A stretch of DNA of 63,916 bases, counting the filler, from Octopus bimaculoides (lineage: Eukaryota): the NCBI RefSeq assembly GCF_001194135.2. It is 9 parts of 9 records of this genome, joined end to end, with 100 filler letters (N's around TTAATTAATTAA, not from the genome) between each part and the next. Parts side by side here need not be neighbours in the genome. Positions count along the whole stretch, not along the records: positions 35,575 to 42,923 come from NC_069006.1; positions 43,024 to 48,064 come from NW_026433694.1; positions 48,165 to 56,807 come from NC_068999.1; 6 more parts are not named here. One strand, 5' to 3'. This document shows, piece after piece, positions 36,401 through 48,569 of this stretch. The position numbers and the translations under genes are program-made. Below the pieces are notes generated by a model that made no database searches, was not told the DNA's origin, and saw only the letters and a program-made list of their open reading frames with translations. Each line of letters begins with the position of its first letter. Position 1 is the first letter of the stretch.

Positions 36401-38134
36401 CCTCCCAGGAAAAGTGAGCCGAAAAAATGGAAGGAAGTATAAAAATATTCTTAGAACATGAAGACATTCCATATTTGAGGTGTTAACTTTCTTCACTAAC
36501 CATTTTAGAATATATTTATGCATTTGTTTTGTAAGATTCTTGATGTGAAATTGTGTGTTGGAACAGGCATTGTTCAATTTGGGGAGGGTCATTTTGCCAG
36601 GAAATACATGCACTGTTTGACCTTCACTTCAGTTTTATCATTATTTGTTACTATTTATTTTGTCAAAGACCTTTTGTCACCCACATTCTGTGATCTCTTC
36701 AATGACCGTTTTTTTCTTCTTCTTCTCTGTGTCTATTCTTCCTCCTGGCTTTATTCTGTTTACTTCATCTTGGCTGGCACTCAGATACTCAACTGTTTAT
36801 ATTGTCATTGTGTGTGTGTGTGAAAAAGAGAGAGAGACCTTGTATGTGACAGTAAGTGCATGTGTGTATTTGTGTGTGAGTGTGTGTGTGTGTGTGTACA
36901 TGCGAGTATATTTGTGTGTATGTGTGTATGTCTCAGTGTATGTGCCCATGCGTATGTGTGCATATGTGTATGTATATATCTATATATATATATATATGAC
37001 TGTATCTTCATGTGTATGCAGGTGTATGTGTGTATGTGTACATGTGTATATTTGCGTGTATATCATGTATATGTGTGTGTCTGTGTATGTAATTTAGATA
37101 CTCTCACCTTAAAAAATATCAAGCAACCAACTTCACACGGAAATAATTATTGTACTCATTACTCGTTAGTGTGTGAAACATAATTGCGACAGAGGTGTGC
37201 CAAGCATACAACAATTGCATTTTTTTCCAGTCGAAATCTCTCTGTTCACTTTGATGACATCACTGTTCACAAAGATAAGGTGTGTGAGATGACATTCACT
37301 GGTTATTTTTCCATGTTCAGTCAAGCAGAACCGAGAACCAGTTTTCATTTCTTCTGTCTGAGTTTTGATCCAGTTCAGCTGCAATTCTCCAAGCGGGATT
37401 TTGGCTCCTTTATTCTGACCAAGGCTGGGAAACTAAAGCCATGGTGATAATGATTACTGACTGAATGTGAAAATTAAAGTTGAAAGGAGGCCTTTGAGCT
37501 AAGACAGGGAGCTTAGGAAAGGCTAGAAAGAGAAGTCAAAATCTTTCAAACTACATGTAGCACTGACTTGGCAACATGAAGACTGGGTGACAGTCAACTA
37601 GGAGACAGGACAATTGGTTGACAATCAGTATGGCAAGCCACATGGCACCTGGTTTATAGCTAGTTAAAAAACAGTTGGGCGACAAACAACTAGGCAACAT
37701 GACAATTGGATGGTAAGCAACTAGGCAGCATGACAACTGTGTAATAGTCAAGAAGGCAACATGGGGATTGCTTAACAGCCAACTAAATATCATAACAATT
37801 GGGTGATAGCCAAGTAGGCACCAGGAATGACAAATTGACTTTGCTTTTCATCCTTTCAGGGTCAATAAAATAAATACCAGTTAAGTACTGGGGTGAGTGT
37901 AATTGACTCATACCCGCTCCCTTGAAATTTCAGGTTTTATGCCACAATTTGAAGCCAATATTAATTAAAACAATAAAGTAATGAGCTGGCAGAGTCGTTA
38001 GCATGTAGGGCAGAATGTTAGCAGCATTTTGTCTGTTTTTATATTTCAGGTTCGAATTCCATGGCAGTCAATTTTGCCTTTCATCCTTTCAGGGGCCAAT
38101 AAAATAAGTAACAGCTGAGCACTAGGGTTAATCA

Positions 38135-38396
38135 TCATCATCATCATCATCATCGTCGTTTAACGTCCGCTTTCCATGCTAGCATGGGTTGAACGGTTTG
38201 TCTGAGGACTGGCGAAACCAGATGGCTACACCAGGCTCCAATCTGATTTGGCAGAGTTTCTACAGCTGGATGCCCTTCCTAACACCAACCACTCCGAGAG
38301 TGTAGACCACTCCAAGAGTGTAGACCACTCCGAGAGTGTAGACCACTCCGAGAGTGCAGACCACTCCGAGCGTGTAGACCACTCTGAGAGTGTAAT
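38135..38396 (-). mobile_element. RTE 3'-tail element, 5'-truncated
   Basis: (GAT)n tail and CGTTAAACG 3' end shared with the LINE at 48570-51195. Confidence 0.85.
38289..38396. repeat. 18-bp tandem repeat, 6 units (CCACTCCGAGAGTGTAGA)
   Basis: Units counted directly; each has at most a few substitutions. Confidence 0.95.
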
Positions 38397-39404
38397 CGAC
38401 TTATCCTTGCCCCTACTTCGAAATTGCAGGCCTTGTGTCAAAATTTGAAACTAATATTGATTAAAACAATGATTGGCTCCATAACAAGATTCGTATGAAT
38501 TTCCCCATAACAGCAAAAATAGAAGTAATAAAATTTGCAATAATCTGTGCCTGAGAAGAGCTGTNNNNNNNNNNNNNNNNNNNNNNNNNNNNNNNNNNNN
38601 NNNNNNNNNNNNNNNNNNNNNNNNNNNNNNNNNNNNNNNNNNNNNNNNNNNNNNNNNNNNNNNNNNNNNNNNNNNNNNNNNNNNNNNNNNNNNNNNNNNN
38701 NNNNNNNNNNNNNNNNNNNNNNNNNNNNNNNNNNNNNNNNNNNNNNNNNNNNNNNNNNNNNNNNNNNNNNNNNNNNNNNNNNNNNNNNNNNNNNNNNNNN
38801 NNNNNNNNNNNNNNNNNNNNNNNNNNNNNNNNNNNNNNNNNNNNNNNNNNNNNNNNNNNNNNNNNNNNNNNNNNNNNNNNNNNNNNNNNNNNNNNNNNNN
38901 NNNNNNNNNNNNNNNNNNNNNNNNNNNNNNNNNNNNNNNNNNNNNNNNNNNNNNNNNNNNNNNNNNNNNNNNNNNNNNNNNNNNNNNNNNNNNNNNNNNN
39001 NNNNNNNNNNNNNNNNNNNNNNNNNNNNNNNNNNNNNNNNNNNNNNNNNNNNNNNNNNNNNNNNNNNNNNNNNNNNNNNNNNNNNNNNNNNNNNNNNNNN
39101 NNNNNNNNNNNNNNNNNNNNNNNNNNNNNNNNNNNNNNNNNNNNNNNNNNNNNNNNNNNNNNNNNNNNNNNNNNNNNNNNNNNNNNNNNNNNNNNNNNNN
39201 NNNNNNNNNNNNNNNNNNNNNNNNNNNNNNNNNNNNNNNNNNNNNNNNNNNNNNNNNNNNNNNNNNNNNNNNNNNNNNNNNNNNNNNNNNNNNNNACCCA
39301 GTCCGCTCTGTAAAGTGATTGGCATTAGGAGAAGGGCATCCAGTTATAAAAACTATGTCAAAGCAGATATTGGAGCTCAGTGTGGTTCTCTGGCACTCTC
39401 TTTT

Positions 39405-39710
39405 GTCGCCCTTTCAAAGCCTAGCCGGGCTCATGGGCCCGGTTTCCCAGTTTCTATGGCGTATGTGTTCCCCCCAGCTGGACGGGATGCCAGTCCTTCG
39501 CATCTTTACTCAAGAAACAGGAAGAAAGAGTGAGAGAAAGTTGGGGCGAAAGAGTACAACAGGGGTCGCCACCACCCCCTGCCGGAACCTCGAGGAGCTT
39601 GAGGTGTTTTCGCTCAATATACACACACAACGCCCGGTCTGGGAATCGAAACCGCAATCCTCTGACCGCGAGTCCGCTGCCCTAACCATTGGGCCATTGT
39701 GCCTCCACAT
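39405..39710 (-). mobile_element. tRNA-derived SINE family C
   Basis: Minus strand TGGCCCAATGG A-box and GGTTTCGATTCC B-box, followed by a non-tRNA body. Confidence 0.75.
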
Positions 39711-39849
39711 GGCACTCTCTTACTAGCTGGGAAAACCATGTATTCATCTCTCCAACAAGAAACCTGTTACTGTCCTCCTATCATACTTTCACATCCCTCA
39801 ATATCATACCCCTAGTGGCGGGGGTGGGGGTCAAGTCTTGCAACTTACT

Positions 39850-40115
39850 TTGTGACCTTGCTAGTGCTGGTGTCTTGAAAAAAGCACTCAGTAAACCCCT
39901 TATAAAGTTGTTGGCATTAGGAAGGGCATCCAGCTGTAGAAACCATGCCAAAGCAGGCATTGGAGCTTGGTGCAGTCCTCTAGCTCTCCAGCCCTTGTTG
40001 GGTCATCCAACCCATGCCAGCATGGAAAACGGACGCTCAGCACAATCCTTTGGTTTGTTGGTCCCTGTCAAGCTGTCTAACCCACACCAGCAGACGTTAA
40101 ATGATGATGATGATG
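39850..40115 (+). mobile_element. RTE 3'-tail element
   Basis: Homology to the LINE 3' end; ends in (GAT)n. Confidence 0.8.
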
Positions 40116-40600
40116 ATCGTTTGTCATCGTTTAACGTCCGCTTTCCATGCTAGCATGGGTTGGACGATTTGACTGAGGACTGGTGAAACCAGATGGCTGC
40201 ACCAGGCTCCAATCTGATTTGGCAGAGTTTCTACAGCTGGATGCCCTTCCTAATGCCAACCACTCTGAGAGTGTAGTAGGTGCTTTTACGTGCCACCGGC
40301 ACAAAGGCCAGTCAGGAGGTACTGGTAACGGCCACGCTCAAAATGGTGTATTTTATGTGCCACCCGCACAAGAGCCAGTCCAGGGGCACTGGCAACGATC
40401 TCGCTCGAATGTCTTTACACATGCCACGGGCATAAGTGCCAGAAAGGCGACGCTGGGCACAGGTGCCATCCCGATTTCGCTTGCCCCAATAAGTCTTCGC
40501 AAGCCGAGTTTTGTGTCCAATGAAGGTGACGACGTTGGCATGGGTGCCAGTCGTCGAATTTAGTTCGGTTTCGATTTCACTTGCCTCAACAGGTCTCGAT
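40115..40600 (-). mobile_element. RTE 3'-tail element including 3' UTR
   Basis: Reverse complement of the 50500-51190 region. Confidence 0.85.
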
Positions 40601-40959
40601 GATGCTAAAGTTTGAAAGAAAGATTTATGCTCAGGTTTTCCCAGTTTAGGTCAGTGATTAGCTTAAATGGCGATTAATGCATGAGTCATACATTTTTTCA
40701 ACCTGTTTAAGAACTGCAACAAGTAATAGCTATCACTTTGAACAATACATTGAATACATCAAAGCCATTTCTGTACTGGTTCATGAATTAATTTATGGTT
40801 TCTACCAGTTTGTTTACGCAATTCTGCACTGAGCTGTTGTCGGTTTTATTGAATGCAACTGGGTTACTTACGACCTGGCAATAATTCATGAAATAAGGTG
40901 GTGAAATGCTTAGCGTGCAGACATAGCCTAGGCTGAGCAGGGTCACAGCAGTGGCTGCT

Positions 40960-41240
40960 ACTGCAGCTGCGCGTCGTCATTGTCATCATTGTTGTCGTCA
41001 TCATCTTCATCTTTGTTGTTGCCATCACCATCGTCGTCGTCATCATCTTTGTCATTGTCGTCATTGTCATCAGCATCGTTGTCGTCATCATCATCATTAT
41101 CGGTGGCGTCATCATTACTGTCATCGCCGTCGTCATTATCTTCATCATTGTTGTTGTCATCGCCAACAACAACTAAAGCAGCAGCAGCAGTAGGGGCAGT
41201 GGCAGCAGCAGCAGCAGCACCACCACCACCACCACAACCA
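40960..41240. repeat. mixed trinucleotide tract (TCA/TCG/GCA/CCA)
   Basis: Directly visible. Confidence 0.9.
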
Positions 41241-42370
41241 TCACGCCAATACCGACCCCTGAGAATTACTGCCTTTGAGTGTTGCGACATAGGGTTTGTC
41301 ACCTGGTTTTCATGGTATATAAGTGACTGAAATCACAACATTCACCCGTGGATGGGATGCCAGTCCTTTGTCGGTTTACTCACTTGCAGCTGAGTGGACT
41401 GGAGGGGCAGTGGGGAAAAGGGAGTCTTTTTGCTCAAGAACACATCACACTGCCCAGTCTGTGAATTGAAACCTCAATCTCATGATTGTGAATGCAGCAC
41501 CCTAATCCCATGGTCCTCAACCTTTTTAATACCTGAGCCAGGTCCAAAACCTGGTTTTCCCCTTTTTTAGGGGTCTGCACCTAACATAAAGCAAAACACA
41601 AGTCAATTGACCAAGGGTTGCCAGAAGGATTCCTGAGGACCACATGTGGCCCTGGGTGTCATGGTTGAGGATCGTTGCCCTAGCCATTGAACTACTACTG
41701 GTTACTCCAGGTGCAAAATTCTTAAGGGCACAAAGCNNNNNNNNNNNNNNNNNNNNNNNNNNNNNNNNNNNNNNNNNNNNNNNNNNNNNNNNNNNNNNNN
41801 NNNNNNNNNNNNNNNNNNNNNNNNNNNNNNNNNNNNNNNNNNNNNNNNNNNNNNNNNNNNNNNNNNNNNNNNNNNNNNNNNNNNNNNNNNNNNNNNNNNN
41901 NNNNNNNNNNNNNNNNNNNNNNNNNNNNNNNNNNNNNNNNNNNNNNNNNNNNNNNNNNNNNNNNNNNNNNNNNNNNNNNNNNNNNNNNNNNNNNNNNNNN
42001 NNNNNNNNNNNNNNNNNNNNNNNNNNNNNNNNNNNNNNNNNNNNNNNNNNNNNNNNNNNNNNNNNNNNNNNNNNNNNNNNNNNNNNNNNNNNNNNNNNNN
42101 NNNNNNNNNNNNNNNNNNNNNNNNNNNNNNNNNNNNNNNNNNNNNNNNNNNNNNNNNNNNNNNNNNNNNNNNNNNNNNNNNNNNNNNNNNNNNNNNNNNN
42201 NNNNNNNNNNNNNNNNNNNNNNNNNNNNNNNNNNNNNNNNNNNNNNNNNNNNNNNNNNNNNNNNNNNNNNNNNNNNNNNNNNNNNNNNNNNNNNNNNNNN
42301 NNNNNNNNNNNNNNNNNNNNNNNNNNNNNNNNNNNNNNNNNNNNNNNNNNNNNNNNNNNNNNNNNNNNNN

Positions 42371-42413
<43 letters not shown>

Positions 42414-42734
42414 TATATATACTATGTTTATTAATTGGTTTTGCAAGATTCCTGATGTGAAACTGTGTTGAAACAGATATTGTTAGGCATACAATCTTCT
42501 AGTAATACAAACAGAAATATGTATGGAAATACTATGTGTAAACATACATTCAGCCATATATCCACATATACACGTGTGTATATACGTGTGTGTGGTATGT
42601 ATGTAAATACATACACACATACACATATGTGTGTGTGTGTGTGTATCTGTGTGTGCGTGCATGTGTGTATCTGTGTACACAGACACACAGAGGCAGACAA
42701 GTATATATGCAATGTCTGTATATATAAAGGTAAA

Positions 42735-42787
<53 letters not shown>

Positions 42788-43023
42788 ATACATACACACA
42801 TGTATGTATACACACATATGCATGCATTGAAATCTACACACAGACACAGATAAGCCCATAACAAGCAATGTCCACACATACACACACACATATACATACA
42901 CATATATATGTATGTATATATATNNNNNNNNNNNNNNNNNNNNNNNNNNNNNNNNNNNNNNNNNNNNTTAATTAATTAANNNNNNNNNNNNNNNNNNNNN
43001 NNNNNNNNNNNNNNNNNNNNNNN

Positions 43024-43667
43024 GTTTAAGTTGGTGAATGCTGCCATAATCCTTGCCTTCAATTCATCTTTGGAGTTACAAGGAGTTTTGCTGGTCTTTT
43101 GCGCACCTGCACCCTACACATAATAATCAAGTGGGGGTTGCAGTGTGGAGAATTAGGGTGATGTGGATGCAGAAATTGTCTTACAGCCATGACTGGGTTC
43201 TTCTGCTTGTGTGGCATGGTACAGAGTCCTGTTGCGAGACTTAGGGTGTTCCAACAGCCACCTTCTTGATCCAGGGTACTTGATGAAGGCACTCCATGTT
43301 AAATGTGAGGTCACGTGGGAAGGTGAATGGAGGTGTAGCGTCGCCATCACTAGTGATCACTCCAAAAACCATGATGTTGACTGGATGTTTGATTTTTATC
43401 ACTTTTGATACATGTTTTGGGGACACAGCAAGCCAACGGTTGTTCTGTGTGTTCACCATCTGTTCATATTGGAGCTTCCAGTGTGAATGCTAAACAGTAC
43501 AGAATGTCATTTCCAAATTTCTGGCAGAGTGAATTACATCATGGTGCTGTTTTTCTCAAGACAGTGCCCAACCAACCCTACTATACAGTGTAGTTGACAA
43601 AATCAAAAACAGTGTGCATGTGCAAAATTAAAACATAAAATGGTGACAATTTACTCATCACACCCTG
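43024..43667 (-). mobile_element. DD37D/maT element, internally deleted, with TIR
   Basis: KHPVNIMVFGVITSDGDATPPFTFP motif; TIR CAGGGTGTGATGAGTAAATTGTCACCATTTT preceded by TA. Confidence 0.88.
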
Positions 43668-43797
43668 TATATATATATATGAAAATTTTAGGAAAAATAA
43701 ATAAGTAAATGAGTGGAAACTTTACCAGTGTGTGTGTTAAATTATGATGCACTAAAAAAGAACGACTTTCCTCATACAACAGAATTTATCTCATATG

Positions 43798-43917
<120 letters not shown>

Positions 43918-44199
43918 TAGAAATAATATTAATACTAAATTGCAAACTTTATATCTTACTCAAAGTGGACATATAGTTAGAATGGTAAATACTGCAGCAT
44001 TCACCTGAGAAAAAGGCGTAATACATACAGAGAGGGAGAGAGGAGAGAGATAGATATGAGAGAGAGAGTGGGAGAGACAATATATTGGTGCATGTAATGA
44101 CAAAGTAAGTTAGACATAAATAACGCAAGTAAAAAGGAGAGAGTGAGAGTGAGAGAGTGAGAGGGAAAGTAAGAGTTGAACTATTGATGTAACTATGAT

Positions 44200-44680
44200 G
44201 CTTTGGTGAGCTGATGAGCTACCTTTCTTTATTTCCATTGATTTGTGAATAAACAAATTTATTGTATAATGCTGGGCAAACATTGATGCAAATACGTACG
44301 CATAATATCTTCCACACAGAAATTAATACTACATGAAGAAGGTTGCAGAAACAGCCACAGAAGACATATGATTAAATAAATCTCTATTCACTTCTAAACC
44401 TGCTGTCTTTATGTTTTATTGCTTGGATTGTCTGGATTTTCAGTTATACGGACACTTTACACAACACTACTTTGTGATGGATTTCTACTTAAACTGACAG
44501 CTGAGCCCTGTTTCTGTCCCTTTATTCTGAAGGCAATTGGAGTATATTTGGCACTAGGTAATGATACCCACTTCTGGTGTTGCAATAACTTTCAATGCCA
44601 AAGTCTGTAACAAGTTGTTCCAGGATCTTCCAGATGTATATGACAGAATATCTTTCCTGTTCCAGGGAATTAAGTCTTAA
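44200..44680 (-). mobile_element. CR1/L2-like LINE C-terminal relic
   Basis: LNSLEQERYSVIYIWKILEQLV...FGIESY motif. Confidence 0.7.
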
Positions 44681-44722
44681 CTACCTAATACAGTTCTATA
44701 TTTAAGAGATGAGGAATTATGT

Positions 44723-44871
44723 ACATTATTTGCATTATTTACATTTGACGGATATTCGTCCTCATCTTGTTTGTTGTTAACACAACGTTTCGGCTGATAT
44801 ACCCTCCACCCTTCATCAGGTGGCTTGGGGAAATTTCGAACCTGGGTTCTCATCCCTAATGTATTTTTCGA

Positions 44872-44918
<47 letters not shown>

Positions 44919-44991
44919 CCACTGCCTGGACCTGAACTCAGAATCTTGGGGTTAGTAGCCCGTGCTCTTAACCACTATGCCATATGCCCAC
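44723..44991 (-). mobile_element. tRNA-headed SINE with (AAT)n core and hammerhead-like tail
   Basis: Head GTGGGCATATGGCATAGTGGTTAAG, B-box GAGTTCAGGTCC, then (AAT)n, then the fold at 44781-44822. Confidence 0.85.
44781..44822 (-). ncRNA. minimal hammerhead-like fold in SINE tail, NUU site
   Basis: CAC-CTGATGA-A-GGGTG GAGGGTATAT CAGCC-GAAA-CG-TT-GTG; ACGT palindrome as stem III. Confidence 0.6.
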
Positions 44992-44992
44992 A

Positions 44993-45055
44993 GGCATAGT
45001 GGTTAAGAGTGCGGGCTACTAACCCCAAGATTCCGAGTTCGATTCCAAGCAGTGA

Positions 45056-45135
<80 letters not shown>

Positions 45136-45255
45136 TCGAAAAATACCTTAGGAATGAGAACCCAAATACCTGATGAAGACTGGAGGGTATATCAGCTGAA
45201 ACATTGTGTTTACAACAAACAAGATGAGGACAAATATCCGTCAAATGTAAATAAT
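44993..45255 (+). mobile_element. second copy of the tRNA-headed hammerhead-tailed SINE, inverted
   Basis: GGCATAGTGG A-box-like start, GAGTTCGATTCC B-box, (AAT)n, tail AAATGTAAATAAT. Confidence 0.85.
45167..45208 (+). ncRNA. decayed hammerhead-like fold in SINE tail
   Basis: TAC-CTGATGA-A-GACTG GAGGGTATAT CAGCT-GAAA-CA-TT-GTG; two changes relative to the sister copy are CpG transitions. Confidence 0.5.
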
Positions 45256-45515
45256 TAACTGCCTAAGTTTTTCTCCAGTAGTGAATCAGCTAAATGGAGG
45301 CTATCCTCTTTGTGTAACTCCATTGGATTGTTCTGAGTTTTGCTGTTAATTTTATACTATGTGGTGACCGTAGTTGTGAGCAATAGTCAAATAGTTTAGC
45401 ACAAATGTTCCCCAGATGATTATGGTTTCCTGAATATTCTAAGCATCCATCTGTCCTGCTGTGTGCATTTCATTGTCATCTTACTATTATGTACATGAAA
45501 GAATACATTATTACA

Positions 45516-45564
<49 letters not shown>

Positions 45565-45735
45565 ATATACATGCACACACGCACACACATTATGACCTCT
45601 GTACATTGAGTGTATGCCCTGGCTCTTGCCACTTTCTGTCTCTCTCTTCCTCTTCCATTCCATTTATATTGTGATCCCCATTCCTTGTGATAACCATCCC
45701 TCTTCTGCTCTCTGTTTCACTCTTGCTCTTTCTCT

Positions 45736-45802
<67 letters not shown>

Positions 45803-45964
45803 TCTCACTTTCACACTCTGTCTGTCTGTCTGTCTCTGACTGGGTAACCATGTATCGCCTCTACAGCAAGACACCTGTTTCTGCCTCTCTGTCTCACTCT
45901 AATCTTCATCATCTGATACAAGATCACCTCCTCCAATGCCCCTCCCCCTCTCAAAAGATTTTTG

Positions 45965-46280
45965 TCTTGCAAGTGACCATACCAGTGCTGCTGCCGTGTA
46001 AAACGTATCCAGTTCACATTGTAAAGTGGTTATCATTTTGAAGGACATCCAGTCATAAAAACCCTGCCAAAACTGACCTCACCTGTGCTGGTGCCATGTA
46101 AAAAGCACTCAGTCCACCCTGCTGAGTTGTTGGTGTTAGGAAGGGCATCCAGCTGTAAAAAAAACCATGCCAGAACAGACACAGAAGTATGGTGCAGTCT
46201 TCTACTCGACCAGCTCCTGTCAAACCATCCAACCCATGCTAGCATGGAAGGTGGATGTTAAATGATGATGATTATGATGA
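45965..46280 (+). mobile_element. RTE 3'-tail element
   Basis: Homology to the LINE 3' end; (GAT)n tail. Confidence 0.75.
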
Positions 46281-46347
46281 TGACACACAAATATATACAT
46301 GCAAGGTGCATTCTAGAAGTTTTGAGACTTGTTTAAGAGAGAAAGAG

Positions 46348-46404
<57 letters not shown>

Positions 46405-46419
46405 TTTATTAATTTCTAG

Positions 46420-46985
46420 GAAGTTCAAAAGCTTAATCTTCCTCAAAGTAGGATCTTCTGACATCAATGCACTTGTAGTGCTCCAGTCACTTCTTGGAGC
46501 TCTATTGAAATCCTTCAAACAGAATGTATCCAAGACTCCTGTCACAATCTCCTTCATCTCCTCCTTCAGCCTGAGAAACAACCAAAAGTCACTGGGAACA
46601 AGGTCCCGAGCGTGGGGGCGGGGTGAAGGACAGTTTTGATTCCCATCTCAATCAAGTAGTTTGGTTACCAGAATGGAACTGTGCTGTATTATCCTGGTGC
46701 AAATGCACTGGCCTTTTTGCAATGAAATCTCTTTCTGAACTCCCTAAAAACCACCACAAAGTACTCTTTGTTGACTAGCTGATCAGAAAGAACACAGTAG
46801 TGCTCTTGTTGAAAAGGGTGATCCTTATAAGCTTCCGAATGGACTTACTTTGTCTGGGCTCTCTTGTGCCAGCAAAAAACAGATGTTCAGCTCATATAAG
46901 GCAATCCATAAGTAGTCTGGAGCATTTCGTAAGTTTTTCCTGGTTTAACACAAAACTGTTTTGCACATTGAGCTTCTCAATTGTG
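46420..46985 (-). mobile_element. mariner element, internally deleted and decayed
   Basis: QFCVKPGKTYEMLQ N-terminus, GIKTVLHPPHARDLVPSDFWLF and EEMKEIVT C-terminal motifs. Confidence 0.85.
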
Positions 46986-46989
46986 ATGA

Positions 46990-47075
46990 TAATATGGAAG
47001 CCCACAATGCAATAACGTTTAGTGCTAAACGGAGCAAAAATGCTGCAGAAACTTGTGAAATGCTCCAGCTTCTAG
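46990..47075 (+). mobile_element. mariner N-terminal relic
   Basis: AITFSAKRSKNAAETCEMLQ. Confidence 0.55.
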
Positions 47076-47529
47076 CAAACTGTAGGTTTGTATTTCTTTA
47101 GTGTTAGGATTATCCTTCTGACAGATCTCATTATGCAGTGTTCTGGCTATAGAACATCATATATCATAGTAGTACTATATGTGGGGTGGGGTAGGGATAC
47201 ACATCTGTGTTCATTAGTGTGTTTTCTTTCTTTTATCTTTTGGTTAAATTATTGGGGTATCTATTTGTATGCATGCAGTGTGTGTAGGGTACAATACATG
47301 GATGGGGTTATACTAGGGATGGGAGTGGAGAATGGTCTATTGGATGCATGTCCGCTGTGTTAATGTATGTGCGTTTGTGAGTGTATTTGTGTATGTTCTG
47401 GTCAAATTCTTTGCTAGATTCCCAAGTGTTGGTGGAAGAAGGGCCGGAGCTGGGGGACTGGTGATTATAGTCTTGATGGGCATGCAGGTATGAGAGGATG
47501 TACTTCCTTTCATGTGGGTAAGGACTATA

Positions 47530-48000
47530 AATTTCACTTCTGCAGTTCAGGTTTTATGCCTGTGTACTGGGAGCTCTTTAATATCACTCTTTTCTCAGTC
47601 AGGTATAATCTGCACTTCCAGCTGCTATTGAAGTATGCTTTACATTTCTCTAGAATCATCCACTTTATGCTGTGCTCAGTGGTGCTTTCTTTCAGAGACC
47701 ATACATGCTTGGCCAAGTTTATAATGCTACATTCCTCTGGGATATTGAAAGAGGACTTGTGGTCGTTATAGTGGGTTCTGAAGGGACCTTCAGTTGCTCC
47801 CACATACTTTTGCCCATTTGGTTGCCCATTTGGTTGCCCATTTGGTTCTATTGCTGATATCTCTGCTTCTGTAAGTCTTTTAATGCTTTCCAACATAAAC
47901 TTATAGTAAACATCCGTAGACTTAGATCTCCTGACAGAACCTTTCTATTCACTGGTAATACTAAGCCCACACCTGAGACAGAGGCAGGATACTCATGTAG
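47530..48000 (-). mobile_element. Penelope-like element GIY-YIG endonuclease fragment
   Basis: KYVGATEGPFRTHYNDHKSSF...LAKHVWSLK...IKWMILEK...CRLYLTEK; contains three perfect 12-bp units GCCCATTTGGTT at 47812-47847. Confidence 0.85.
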
Positions 48001-48164
48001 GGGTAACGCATGTCCATTGAATGTATGTATGTATGTATGTATGTATGTATGTATGTATGTATGTNNNNNNNNNNNNNNNNNNNNNNNNNNNNNNNNNNNN
48101 NNNNNNNNTTAATTAATTAANNNNNNNNNNNNNNNNNNNNNNNNNNNNNNNNNNNNNNNNNNNN

Positions 48165-48500
48165 ATATATATATATATATAAGATCCTGGAAGATCTAGC
48201 TCCCAACTTTGGAATTAAAAGCTATATAAACCACTGAACTGGATAGCACTGTATATAATAACAAAGATCTATCTTCTCTATCTCGAATAAGGACCCAATA
48301 CTGCAACAACTTGATTTTCAGGGGACAACTGCTGTTTAACATCCTGCCATACAAGCGCAGAGATTTGCAAACTGTAGATACAGAGACCTTCAAAAAGCAT
48401 CTGGACAAATTTCAACCTGAAATCCTGGATGAACCTACATTACAGCAGGACAAAGAAGAGCAGCTCCATCCAACTCTCATCTTCACCAAAACAGTACAGA
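48165..48500 (+). mobile_element. CR1/L2-like LINE C-terminal relic
   Basis: YKILEDLAPNFGIKSY...GQLLFNILP...ETFKKHLDKF...DEP. Confidence 0.75.
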
Positions 48501-48569
48501 AAGGAAACCCAAACACATTGAAATGTGATGTTCCAGCATGACCCCAGCCTTTGGCAGAAACCAGTAAAA

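Larger units (their letters stand above)
37975..38460 (+). mobile_element. SINE family B split by an RTE-tail insertion
   Basis: 5' part ends near 38130 and resumes with GTAATCGACTT at about 38392. Confidence 0.7.

Noticed and set aside
36302-36450. Minus-strand FPGRVDAV as a second hemopexin exon
   Set aside because: The opposite strand reads as an RTE C-terminal relic and no convincing donor is present.
38203-38222. CTGAGGA...GAAA in RTE-tail copies as a hammerhead
   Set aside because: No stem II or UH site; it is a simple CTGG/CCAG hairpin.
38289-38396. CRISPR-like appearance of the 18-bp array
   Set aside because: Units are contiguous with no spacers, derive from an RTE tail and sit in eukaryotic DNA.
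44993-45060. Possible tRNA gene
   Set aside because: No acceptor-stem closure, and it continues into a repeated SINE body; the same applies to the heads at 39640-39710 and in families A and B.
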